Shown here piece after piece: positions 1 to 11,199 of a stretch of DNA of 64,000 nucleotides. The notes under the pieces were generated by a model. The model was not told where the DNA came from. It was given only the letters and a program-made list of their open reading frames with translations, and did not search any database. Position 1 is the stretch's first letter, and the number at the start of each line of letters is the position of its first letter. The DNA comes from Lepidodermella squamata (lineage: Eukaryota > Animalia > Gastrotricha), in NCBI GenBank assembly GCA_047495785.1, contig JBLDXI010000032.1:2666001-2730000 (forward strand). The letters run 5' to 3'. The position numbers were made by a program, and so were the translations under genes.

Positions 1-3000
1 GCCGAACAGCTAAAATCGGCTGCCAAGCTGTTAACGCTATCCAGATTAATTTCATCTGCAACGACAAGCACGTCGGCCCGAATGAAATTAAAACCATCGA
101 AGTCGAGGATGAAAAAACCGGACTTCGCGTTATGGAGGTTTGTTGCGATCAATTTTGAAAAAACCCAGCTTAATATTATTTTTTAATCGTAGAGTTACAT
201 TGTTCGTGATCGTGAGATGTTGGAAGAGCGCCTACAAGCGCAGTTGAGTTCCAGCACTCACGCGCCTTCGTCTTCGACCAGCCAAACCGCACTTGGCCCT
301 TACTGGTGCCAGTGCTTAGTTTGGAGCCTCAATGCCAACCCTCAGACCGGTCAACCCGACAGCCTGTACAGCCGGCGAGCTGTCGTTCATCTAGCGTGTA
401 AGTTCATTTTTCATGTCATCTGGCCCGCACTTCCTTATCTTAGATTGTCCGATTATTCCTCAAGTTAGTGTCAAAGCTTATAAAAATATTGCGCAAGCCC
501 TGTCACCATGTGTCGTGCTATTAAGGCAGATGCGCCCTAGCATTACTATATTGCGTGCGCGCGGCATTGGCGGAAAGGAAGGAAATTTGAGCCACTATAG
601 GCGCCTTTGCCAGATATCGCGTTTCACACCTTGGGCGCACACAGGCCACTGGCCGGTCAACTGGTTTATAGGTTAATTAGCCGGGCGCTTTCAAAGCGGC
701 GAACATGCATGCAACCGCCGCTGCCGCCATGTAATTGACCTAATAATCCTTTTTAATTTCATGCTTTTCAGACCTGAGAAAGAAGTTTGAACGCGAACCT
801 GTGCCGCAAAGAAGCGCCGTCGGCGGTGCGGTCTCATTCACCTGCTCGCCGCCCGAGGCCCTGCCAGAGCCTACGCTGCTGTGGTTTCGCGACAACCGCC
901 CAATCGAAGGCGATGGCCGTCGCATCATCGTCGACCAAAAACTTCGTCAATTGAGTATTTTAGAGGTTAGTTGAAAAAATTAAATCGATAAAAAATAATT
1001 AGGAAAAATTAAGAAACATTTATTTAAAATTTTTTTTTTGCTTTTAGGTGCGGCCTGAAGACCATGCGAATTACACATGCGTGGTTGAAAATGTGGCGGG
1101 TAAACGAATTTCGCCTCCCGCGCTGCTCGCAGTTACCCAAGACGGCGGCTGGTCAACCTGGTCGTCGTGGTCTCGTTGCGTACCAGACAGCGATCAGGTC
1201 GTTATCGATACCGAAAAATCAGCCGACTGCCAGTTGACCGGGCACCAGCGCCGGTTGCGAACCTGCTCGAACCCGGAACCGAAGCATGGCGGCAAGGCGT
1301 GTTCAGGCGACGAATTCGAGACTCAGTCGTGCTCGTTGCCATGCAGCGCCGCCACCCCGGCTAATACCCTGGCCGAAAAGGTCACTGTGAAGCAGGCGAA
1401 CAGTCAAGGGTGGTCGGCGTGGTCTGAATGGTCGGAATGCTCGCCAGCCCCGGAGTGTCGCCGAACGCGGCGGAGAACTTGCCTGTTAACCGACGCGTCT
1501 TCAGTCGGCTGCTCCGGGCTGAACAGCCAATCGATCTCGTGCGCGCCGAGTCAATGCGGCGTGCCTAGGTTGAACGTCAATTTCGACTCGACGACGCATT
1601 CGCTGATCGGCAGCCAGACCGTCGAACCCAGCGCGCAGCATTGGCACCCGGCTGAAACCGCTTTACTCGTCACAATCCCACTCTGCGGGGTGTTACTCAT
1701 AGTTTTACTCGCCCTAGTCGCTGTTTGGATTAAGCGGCGTTGGCAACGGCGTCGCCAGTTGAATGTGGTACTAGCCAGTACTGATTTCGTCTCCGGGTCT
1801 CGAGGGCTGAAATTCTTCGCGGGCAGTGGCAGCAATTCAATCGCGAGTAAGCACAGTGCCGCGTTTTGTTACACCGGCGTGCCAGGCCCGGCCTCCTCGT
1901 CATCAGGCGTTTCATCATCAGCCGAAGCCGTTCCGTTACGGCTAGCGAACACCTCGACCAGCTCAACAACAGAGGCCCCGGGCCGCCGGGTTGGTACTGA
2001 AGTTTTCATTGAAAACGGCAATTGCTACCCGAAATCGCGAGTGTCCTATGTCCCGCAGTCTGAGCCGCTCAGTCGCCGGTCGCCGCCTCGTAACCAGCCG
2101 GGTCTCATCGTGGTACCGAACAGCCATTTCGCGCCGGCTAGTAGTAAGGTGTCTAAACGCAACTATCAACACGACGCTGTGCCGCTGATCAACTCGTCTG
2201 AAATCGACAGCCCACCGTCGACGTCAACCAGCCCTGGTACGGCCTCGTTGAATCTGCGTAGTAACAACACGAGTCACATCACCCAGAATCACCACGGCTT
2301 TGTCACCCCGCCGCCTTATACCCCACCCGCCGCTTTCCCGGCCGAGTTCCCGAAACAGGGCGATGACCACCGGGTCGCCTGGTCGCAGGTCGCCCAGAAT
2401 CGCGACTCTGAAATCGCGCTACCCAGCCCGGTTAATTGCCGCCTTTTCGTACCAGCCGGGTTCTGCTACAACCAGTTGGGTGAGGCGTATCTAACCGCCC
2501 TGGTCGATTCGAATGAAGACACCTACCCTCGTCTTGAAGGCAGTCAGACCCTTCTATCGCCAGTTATCGAATGGGGCGTAGTTGCTGATCAACAAACGAT
2601 TATCGATGGGCAAAAGCCGGCGGTTTTGAGTTTCCCCCACTCAGCCGTTGCGACCAGTCTAGCGAATTGGGACATTGAACTGCTATTCAGCCCTGGTTCA
2701 GGCTGGCAAACGGTGGCTCGCGAGGACCAATCGAACTGCAACAGCCAGGAAACGCGTTTCCATCTGTCCGCGAATCGAGTTTTCGTCTTTACAAGGCAAA
2801 CAGGCCGTTTCACCCTGGTGGGCAGGCCTAGGCTAGCGAACCCGGCCGTTCAACCCGCGGCTAAACGGCTGAGTTTCGCCGCTTTTGTCCCGCGAAATCT
2901 ACTCTCCGGTTCACCGAACGACTGGCCGACTGAGGTTAACGTGTTGCTTTACGCGTTGAACGATAATGGAGTCGATCTGGCCGAGGCTGTTAGGGTGGAG

Positions 3001-3465
3001 CAGGAACTTGGGCTTACCTTGATAGCGCCGGAAGTTGTCGATTTAGGCTGCTCGGGTGACGATGGTCTGCCGGTTCTGAACTTCACCCACCCTGATTCGT
3101 CGGCTCACAACGACGCGAGTTGTTTAAGCGTTGAGGTGAACGAAGTTGCGACGCCGTGGTTTCTACGCGGCAGTGCAAAGCAGACCATGCCTCACAGCCA
3201 CGTTTGGTCGGCGACCTCCCGCTCGTTGATGCATTGTTCATTCACGTTTTCGCGTCGATCAAACTGCGGCAATAACTCGCCATTGAGTTGTAGCCTAGTT
3301 ATTCGCCAGTTGTCATCGGCTGTTGTCGTTAGAATCGACTGCACGCCTACAACGCCGTCGATGGCCTCGTCTTCGGTCAACCTCGAACCTCACATTGCCA
3401 TGCATACGTCTCACTGCGATGAGGGCGATGTCATTCTCTGCCGGCCTCAGTTCGCTTCGAAGTGA
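1..3465 (+). CDS. unc-5: UNC-5 netrin receptor, 5'-partial; exons <1-137, 193-397, 772-965, 1048-3465
   Basis: Spliced translation gives Ig1 (IGCQAVNAIQINFICND...GLRVME...YWCQC), Ig2 (YLRKKFEREP...FTCSPPEALPEPTLLWFRD...NYTCVVENVAGKR), two TSP1 repeats (WSTWSSWSRC; WSAWSEWSEC), a TM helix (LLVTIPLCGVLLIVLLALVAVWI), ZU5 (QTLLSPVIEWG...KPAVLSFPHSA) and UPA. GT-AG sites keep frame. Confidence 0.92.
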
Positions 3466-4128
3466 AACAAATCTACCTGATCCAATAAATCGTGCCAAGT
3501 CTTTCAAGGTCCTCGAAAAATAACGCAATGGTTATAGCACTTTTCGGAATGCAGTCTGATCAGTCGTTTTATCGGCTTTTTTATATGAATGCTTCGAGTT
3601 TTTGTCGTTTCTCTCTATCTCTACCTCTCCATCACCGTCTCTCAATTTTGAAAGTTTTAAAATAATGGTGCACTACAATCGTGTTTCTCAACTACTGCCG
3701 CGACCTGTTGGAAATGTCTGAATTTATCGCACAATTTTGATTCCACGCAATGGCTTGTTCTGCTTGATTGAATCTTACCCCTCATTGTCGCTTGTCTTTT
3801 CTAAAAAATTATGATGCGATGCAGCAGTTGCATGGTACCAAAAAGGACTAATTTATATATTATAGTATGCTATATTGTTATAAATAATATTGTGTAAAAA
3901 AGCAAAGCGGAAAAATAAAATTGCGATTTTCGGACTCATGCTTTGTTCTGTTCCTTGTTTTACGAAAATTTGATCAACTATTCTGAATCCTGAGTAGCTG
4001 ATGATAAGTGTCGTGGCATTCCCCAATTGGAAGCTGTCCAGCGCCTGAAATACAAACCGCCCTAGCTATAGATATATCTTCAACATTCGCAGAATCAGGA
4101 TTCAGAGTTGAAATTCTTCACGGGCGTA

Positions 4129-4749
4129 CTCGTCAAATGGGGTGACTTTTCCAGTCGGGGTCACTATGCCACGGAAAAATGGGGCGACTCTCGCATGGCC
4201 ATATCTCAGAGGTATCAAGATAAAAACCCCTTGAGTGGGATACCATTGAAAAGCCCAAGCAAAGAGCAACTGGAATGCCTTGAACATACTTCAGCCCGTC
4301 ACAGTACCTGGTGATTAAACACAGGTAAAGTTGAGCGAAAAAATAGAGTTTTCGGCAGAATTTAGATGACTCTAAAGTCGACCAGGAGTGATCAAAATGA
4401 AAAATTCTTGTCATTATCGAGCAATCTCCGACACAAGCTATCCAGCGGTACCCCACTTGAGAGGTATCCGCCTTTCCACCTGCGGTTTGAGTTAGGGCAA
4501 AGTCACCCCATCTGCATCTAAACCGTATGCGGGGTCACTTTGCCAGCTTCAAACGTCAGTTTGTAAATTGGATACTGTTGAAACAGCAACACAACGTATA
4601 TAATTGAATTCTCCATCATCAGGGCTTTCTATTGACGTCGTACTTGATATGTATCATGCCTGAGAAAATGGCATCGTGCGTGATCTAAACTCAATCGCAA
4701 AAACCTATGGCAATGTCACTCCATTGGCTAAAGTCACCCCATTTGACGG
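4129..4749. mobile_element. Non-autonomous Tc1/mariner-pogo-like MITE (~620 bp)
   Basis: TIRs TA|C(T)CGTCAAATGGGGTGACTTT at 4127-4149 and AAAGTCACCCCATTTGACGG|TA at 4730-4751; flanking TA; internal copies of the GGGGTCACT/AGTCACCCC motif; no recognisable transposase ORF. Confidence 0.8.
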
Positions 4750-5050
4750 TATATTTGTGGGAACAGCAAACTCGGGGTACTATTGACCTCATTTTCTTGC
4801 GGCTAAATTAGGACCCAATTCTCAGCGGCTTTAGTAGCAACATTATTTGAAGGCTTTTGAACTCAGTTACAGCTGTTTGTGGTATTATGGGTAGATCTCA
4901 TTTACCAAGGATGAACAACTCATGCGCGCCACAACAGTTTTTATTTTGTTCTATGTTTTTGCTGTTTTACTATTTTTCAAACGAATAAACGTAAAGATAC
5001 ATCATATATACTTTTTATCAAATTATTTTTCGAAAAGATAGAATTTCAAA

Positions 5051-5512
5051 TCACAAAGTAGGGTTATCCAGAGATTCTGGGTGGCCAAAGTCTTCATCAA
5101 CAAGATACTCCAGATCGTCACTATTATGCCACTTGTCAACAAACGGGTTGAAAGCCTGATACAAAATAACGTCGATAACCTGGAGCATTTCAAATTTTTC
5201 AAAAATAAGAATGCAGATATACACAATTTTCGAACTTACGATCATAAAAACAGTCAGGACAGAAATTATTGCCTGAAGAAAGTCGTTATTCCAAGCGTGA
5301 AAAATCGCAAGGGAAATCGCTGAACTCATTGAAGCTACTTCACCGGCTGATATAAGTCGATAGGAATTTTTCGAGGAAACACCAGCTTCCCGCATCAAGT
5401 GACGAAGGTTGATCAGAAAAGAACCAACTAGAACGGTTGATTCAGTCGCATTAAATTCAAACGTTTCAGCATGTTCAGAGACAATCAAATAGTATATCAA
5501 ATATCTGATAAT
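5051..5512 (-). CDS. Orphan multi-pass membrane protein, family A copy 1 (5' exon not resolved; intron 5180-5239)
   Basis: Hydrophobic segments; motifs LVGSFLINLRHL, ISAGEV and VIDVILYQ are shared with the paralog at 6622-7245, including an intron at the same position. Confidence 0.6.
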   Translation of the reverse strand: MIRYLIYYLIVSEHAETFEFNATESTVLVGSFLINLRHLMREAGVSSKNSYRLISAGEVASMSSAISLAIFHAWNNDFLQAIISVLTVFMIVSSKIVYICILIFEKFEMLQVIDVILYQAFNPFVDKWHNSDDLEYLVDEDFGHPESLDNPTL

Positions 5513-5947
5513 CTGGCAAGGTAAAAACATATGAAATTTTCAGGTGGAGATTTTTGCGAAAATTTTTACCAAAAACAGGATTTGAATAACCAGTAAACCA
5601 TACACTCGATGGGTGACTTTTCCCGAGGCTAAAAAGCAGTATTTTAAATTAAAGGGTTCAGTAAAGGGTTAAGATTTTCTCAAAATCTGGAATTAGAGTC
5701 TTACTTTGAATCTCTCGTAACAAGGCTTAGTTTGGTCAGCTAACAAAAAAAATTGAGATTCAAAGTATCAAACTCGAAATTCGACATTTTGAGAAAACTT
5801 AGAACTGGAGCCTCAAATCTAGTGCTGGAACCTCCAAGTAACTTTTCTAGTTTCCTCACCTTGACTTTTATTTTTGTCTGAACATATCGATAGGATGAAT
5901 TCGCGCCAAAATAAGACAACTTCAACGACCTGAATATTAATATTTTA

Positions 5948-6442
5948 TCAAAGCGAAATTCTACCGATCAAACTCACTGCAATTCCCACAGATATATTCA
6001 CAGAAACTGCAACGACTAAGCAGTCGAAAACCGGCCTGGAATTGTACAAATAAACGATCCCGGCAACAGCGCCAATCGGTAATTCAATCCACGAAACACC
6101 AACGGGAAAAATCCATTTGACAAAAAAATGCCAGAAGCAACAGCACTGCGCGGATTCGAATAGCAGAATGACTTTTAAGGCGGCCATCTGCGAATGCAAG
6201 TAAGCGGCTGAAATGGCGAGCGAAGACACGCGTGTAACCCAAGGCCCAGGGTCGTAGGTTGACGCAAATTGATGTTCAATCGCAACTTTTTTACCTGAAA
6301 TATTTCGCGTAATCGACGCATTTACTCCATGAGATTCGAGGTTGTCATGGCAAGGGAAATTATAGGAGTACCAATTACAAGACAGGCCAACAGCGAATGG
6401 TATTGCAAGCAAAGCAAGGTGCAACCAGTCTTTAGCTTTCAT
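5948..6442 (-). CDS. Orphan ~4-TM membrane protein with Cys cluster, family B copy 1 (single exon)
   Basis: 164-aa ORF with an AG acceptor just before the ATG; clear paralog of 10271-10822 (MKAxxWxH...SCNW...PC...AAYLHSQxAxLKxILLFE..CCCxWHxFVKW). Confidence 0.7.
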   Translation of the reverse strand: MKAKDWLHLALLAIPFAVGLSCNWYSYNFPCHDNLESHGVNASITRNISGKKVAIEHQFASTYDPGPWVTRVSSLAISAAYLHSQMAALKVILLFESAQCCCFWHFFVKWIFPVGVSWIELPIGAVAGIVYLYNSRPVFDCLVVAVSVNISVGIAVSLIGRISL

Positions 6443-6621
6443 GGCATAATTCTAAATTAAAAAAATCAGAGATTGCATACAACATAATTTTATTGCGAAA
6501 GAATAAAATTGAGCAGAGTGAAAACGAGTAAAATCTGATAGAAAATCGAGAAAATTGAGGTGAAACCGGATTTGAGATTGATTGAGAAGTTAGAATAATG
6601 TCTGTCTTTCATAATTCGAGT

Positions 6622-7245
6622 TCAAAGTGATGACGAATCAGCCTTCGGCTCTCCATCCACGTGTTCGATGATAATAATCTGGTCCTCTTGCTTGACCGGT
6701 GGGATGCAGATCTGATAGTACAGCACATCGATTCCCTGTAAAATCTCAGTTGAAATTCAGAAATTTCCATTTCACTGTAAAATCTTACGACGGCGAAAAA
6801 AATTAATCCAGACACGATTCCATCTGGCTCATGGTGCAAGGCGAAAACCACCGTTGAAACTAAGGCACCTGAAGCCACCAGAATTTGCCCTGCGGAAACT
6901 CCCTAAAAACGGGAAAGCTCATCATAATTTATCGGAAAAATGGGGATTTTTTTTTACCAAATATGCGTATTTCGAATCAACCTCGATTCCAAGCAGAAAA
7001 TGGCGGACGTTGACGAGGAAAGAACCGAGTAGGATGTTTGTCTCCAATAAATTCGATAGGGCAGTTTCTTCACGCTCAATTGCGGTGAGGCCGAGCATAA
7101 TTTGACGCACAAGCTGAGCAAAAATGAATTATGAAAAAAATCGCATTTTCTCTATATATTTCTCAACTTACGAAAAATGCAATTTGACATAGAAGTAAGC
7201 CCCAAAATCGTTTGAACGGCTTGATTTCTATGCATTTTTTAATTC
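6622..7245 (-). CDS. Orphan multi-pass membrane protein, family A copy 2 (spliced, 5' end uncertain)
   Basis: Manual splicing of short GT-AG introns gives ...FWGLLLCQIAFF|LVRQIML...LLGSFLVNVRHFL...YAYL|GVSAGQI...FFAV|GIDVLYYQICIPPVKQED..., which aligns with 5051-5512. Confidence 0.6.
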
Positions 7246-7899
7246 TAAGTTTAATAACATTGTTGATAATACGACTTTATCCTTTACCTTTAGGTTCCTT
7301 ACGGCAACAACACTTGCACAACGCGACCCAGAACAGCACAACTTCAACAAACTAATTTCACAACAAATTCAACAATTATTTTTACATTTCGCTTTTTTCC
7401 TGCATATTTTTTCTGTTTTGTTTTCATCTTTGAAAAATACCTAACATCAAAATAATGTTTAGGGCGCAACTCTATGTGTTTTATTGAAATGAAAAAGATT
7501 AAAATGACAATAGTATAAATTATCATTATTATTATCACAGCACGCGATCTACGCATCGCGCGCTATCTATATTTGCGCCTGGGCGCCGTAAAACCTTTGT
7601 GACAATATAGTCCTTCGCAACAATCGCAAAAGGTGCCTATTTAAGCCGACCGAATGTTCCGTCACCGAATAATATTATCAACCAAATGCCTGAACTCATG
7701 ATTGTCGCCATTATATATTATCTCTGTCTAAACCTATTACCAACCTCAACCTGCTATTCATTAACATTATATTACTGTAAATTAGGTTGTTTTATGTTAC
7801 GGGCTTCAACAACAAACAAGTCGTAAAGCAATCAGTTGTCTCTTATTCCGTTCGACACGCGCTACATAATGTAGGCGTGAATTTTTACCCCGAAATCAG

Positions 7900-8544
7900 A
7901 GCGATAAATGGCTCATCGACGGCAACTGACTTCGTGACCAAATACAACTCTGACAAATTCTTAATTCTCAATTCTCTGCAGAGAGGTCAAGCCCGCCATC
8001 GAGCAATGGAGATGGCGAACTCAACTGTTCTTCGAGCTGCTGCCTAAAAAGAATCGTTCGACACACAACTGGCGTAACCTAGTTCATCCATTATTGCCAA
8101 GGATCCAAAGCAGCGGCGCTAATCACAAGCGCGCCCAGGCGGCGTTATCTCAGTAATCATACAGCTGCTGATGATTCGATTGATTGAAGTACAAATACCA
8201 ACTGTTCCCACAGTGTCAACGTTCGCTTTGCAATTAGTAAACTATTCCTCGCGCAACGAGCTATTCCAAACTTACAACGTTTCAAATGGGCCGTGTCAAA
8301 CACATCTCTGTCTCTGCTATGGTATCACAAATTACAAAATTCAACCCCAGATTCGATGCGCTCTGCAAATTCGGCTGCTTCTCTTCTAGCGGCGATAAAG
8401 AGAAGACGAAAGCCCGATTTCTCGCACACTACCAACAAGCGCTGGACGCTGAAGCGGCCTTCAAAATTAATATAGAAAATGCAGCGATAAATGGCTCCTC
8501 AACGGCAACTGACTTTGTGACCAAACACAACCCTGACAAATTCT
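7900..8544 (+). repeat. ~62-bp imperfect direct repeat (7900-7961 and 8483-8544) within transposon debris
   Basis: AGCGATAAATGGCTC..CGGCAACTGACTT.GTGACCAAA.ACAAC.CTGACAAATTCT occurs twice; both copies translate as AINGSSTATDFVTK. Confidence 0.85.
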
Positions 8545-8900
8545 GCGAGGTTGTCAACGGCGTTAAGCAGGAGATCAATAAGCATTTGTTCGGCGTTGAC
8601 ACCTATCCGCCTTAAATGTACCGGAATTTTGCTGTATAAAATTGCGGGAAATATATACCGAAAATAGCATTGCCTTTTTTCTGCAACTAATTGAAGCAAC
8701 GGCTGACATTTTGGAACAAGAAAATTTCAGAATGTGTGAGCTTAAATTTCGATTTTATGCAAAAGAGAACCAAAATCCTGCCCTCGAGCCGTACATCTCA
8801 TGTGACGACCTGCGTCTCGCTTGGCTGGAAACCGAGTTCGTAAATCGACTCAGCCCCTTGCAAGTTCGAAATCTTGACACTAAGCAATTAAGTCACCCTG
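8150..8900 (+). mobile_element. Degenerate P-element/THAP9-like transposase fragments
   Basis: NPALEPYISCDDLRLAWLETEFVNRL resembles the PY...DD.RL.WLE..FL motif of invertebrate P-like transposases; frames are broken. Confidence 0.4.
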
Positions 8901-9828
8901 AAAGACGGCAGTCAGAGCAACTATAGCACCGCGTTCAATGAACCCACCTTCAAATGTTTCAGTCGACCGTCAACCAATTTTCCGAAAGCCTCCACTTTTA
9001 CCGCGGGGGCAGGCCAAGCTGGGATCGAACCTCACTGTAACAACCGTCGCTCGGATCACAATCGCATTTTTCATTTCTAAAGAAGGAATACCATTGCCGA
9101 ATCTGTCCGGATTTCCAAACTCACTCTTATCATCTACGTTCTATTCGCTACAGGAAAGTTCCTTTCTCGGCAGGTCAAAAAGGTTCTTTTGGTCGAAGTT
9201 CGACGTTTTCTATGCCGCATGATGCAGCAAAACTTCATGCCTCTAATGTGAATCCAACTCAGCTGTACAATCAATCTTCGCGGGTACGAAATAGGCCTTC
9301 TTGAATGGTTAATTTGGTATTGCAATACACTGGATGATAAACCTTCAGGCCGTTGGTAGATAAATCCATCGCATGGAAAGTTGCCCACATCACGCTCCAA
9401 GCTGCTCCAAGCCCCTGTGACCAAGAGCGAACAGGCAAAGAGCTGCTATTTACATGGAATCCAGCTGTGGGCATCTTATGACAGTGACTTAGATTAGCTA
9501 CAGTAGCCTGAGTTAAATGATGGGTAATAAACCAGGATATCGCAGAATTACCGCGGACAAGGAACACATCTCGACTCGTGGAATGGTGACGAGTTCTAAT
9601 TTAAATTCATTGACATGCTCAGAATCAGAGTTATTAAGTCAATGTGTTCATTGTTGAATGCAGTGATGACAGCCGTAATGCCGACGTAAGAGACTCGGAG
9701 ATGGCTACACGGTGGAATGGACCCAACACCACGTATGCGGAAGAAATAATCTCTGACGCGCTTGATTCGCATTTTGGCGAGCGTGGGAAAATTGGCATAT
9801 CGTGAAGTTTGATGAGCTTAACAAAAAC

Positions 9829-9863
9829 CTGATGATGGCACCCGCTTGTGCCGAAACGTTGTC
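9829..9863 (+). ncRNA. Minimal type I hammerhead ribozyme core, probable Penelope-like element remnant
   Basis: CTGATGA (9829-9835) + T + stem II GGCAC-ccgctt-GTGCC + GAAA (9853-9856) + CGTTGTC; stem I pairing is poor. Confidence 0.55.
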
Positions 9864-10270
9864 CTTCAAAAATTAACGAGTTCGTCTTTACGCGCTAATA
9901 TTTTTGCTTTACCAAAAATCCCTTGTTTTGATCGCTATTGCATGGAGAATTATGTTGTGAATTGTTAAAAGATAAATTCGCTCAATAATTCTTTCTAGGA
10001 TCTCGCGTACCTTTTTGAAAAAACCCATTGGAAGACACTTTAATTTCCGAAAAAAAATCGGAGGACTGGAAGCGAGTAAATTGGATGAGGTTGCTCATTG
10101 ATTTCCACTCGGTTTCCACTACGTGGGTGCAGGGGAACCAGGAGGGGGTCGACTCACGAAATATTTTCTTTTTTTCTCCTGCTTTTTTTTTATCCCCGAC
10201 TCAGCTTGGGTATATAACATCCTCAAGTATTAACTTGGTGATCCTTAAATGTGCCTTTTCAAAGCATTAA

Positions 10271-10822
10271 TCAAAATCTTACCGAACAAATGCCGGAAAC
10301 TGTGACAGAAATAGTCGCCAAAGGACATCCCATGCCCATGTAGATGAGAAGGAAGCTGATGCCTAAATAAAACGGCGATTCGAGGGTCATGTAAATCGGC
10401 AGAAGCCATTTCACGAAATAGTGCCAGCAACAGCAACACGCAGCGGCTTCAAACAGCAGAATCAGCTTCAGCATAGCAGTTTGCGAGTGCATGTACGCGG
10501 CTATCATCGCCAATTTCGGCCCGAGTTTTTCAGCCTTTTCAGACAAACTTTCCAGGTCTTCCAGCTCTTTGCTCAAATTGTTCATTTTTGCCTCATATTT
10601 CAGGTGGATTTCCGCTATTTCGCGAAGCCACGGCTGCGAGTCGTTATTCTTCAAAATAACAGCATAAAAAGGATCCTCGGTAGTAGTCGTGGTGCTAGGT
10701 TGAATGTTCTTTGGGCGAATCACGTCGTTACATGGCCACCAAAACATTGCCCAATTACAGGTGATGCTGACCAATACCGGTATAACAATCATGAAGGCAT
10801 GGACCCATTTTTCAGCCTTCAT
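10271..10822 (-). CDS. Orphan ~4-TM membrane protein with Cys cluster, family B copy 2 (single exon)
   Basis: ATG at 10822 (MKAEKWVH) follows a TTTTTCAG/TTTTTAG acceptor; paralog of 5948-6442 with a longer, coiled-coil-like loop; AACCCCWHYFVKW. Confidence 0.7.
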   Translation of the reverse strand: MKAEKWVHAFMIVIPVLVSITCNWAMFWWPCNDVIRPKNIQPSTTTTTEDPFYAVILKNNDSQPWLREIAEIHLKYEAKMNNLSKELEDLESLSEKAEKLGPKLAMIAAYMHSQTAMLKLILLFEAAACCCCWHYFVKWLLPIYMTLESPFYLGISFLLIYMGMGCPLATISVTVSGICSVRF

Positions 10823-11199
10823 GTTAATCAAAGCTAAAAACTGAAAAAATATCTAATTATTATCAAATTTTATTTCTCGACTCTCGACTTCTCAACAAAA
10901 TAAAAACAGCTGACTAAATGCTGGCGATTTACAAGCAAAATAATTCGTTGATAGTGTAATAAAAATACCCAAGGTATCGATCATTTTGTTTTGTTCTCAG
11001 TATAAAAAAGCAACAATTTTTACAGCACAACGCTTGAAATTATATATACTAATATAACGCACCTGGTTGAAAATAATAATTGACTAAACGGAGACGAAGA
11101 TATAAGTAAAACGGAAAATGAGAGCTTGTTGTTACAATAATAAAATGGCAGCGGTTAAGAAAAAATACCATATAGTCAATAACAATATTATTATGATTA

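Noticed and set aside
5800-5840. Short shared motif AAATCTAGTGCTGGA.CCTC, also at ~21417
   Set aside because: Only ~20-35 bp; probably a dispersed repeat fragment with no definable boundaries.
9600-9800. Possible transposase C-terminal fragment (EMATRWNGP...IISDALDSHFG)
   Set aside because: Resembles TE-derived protein but is too short and broken to assign.
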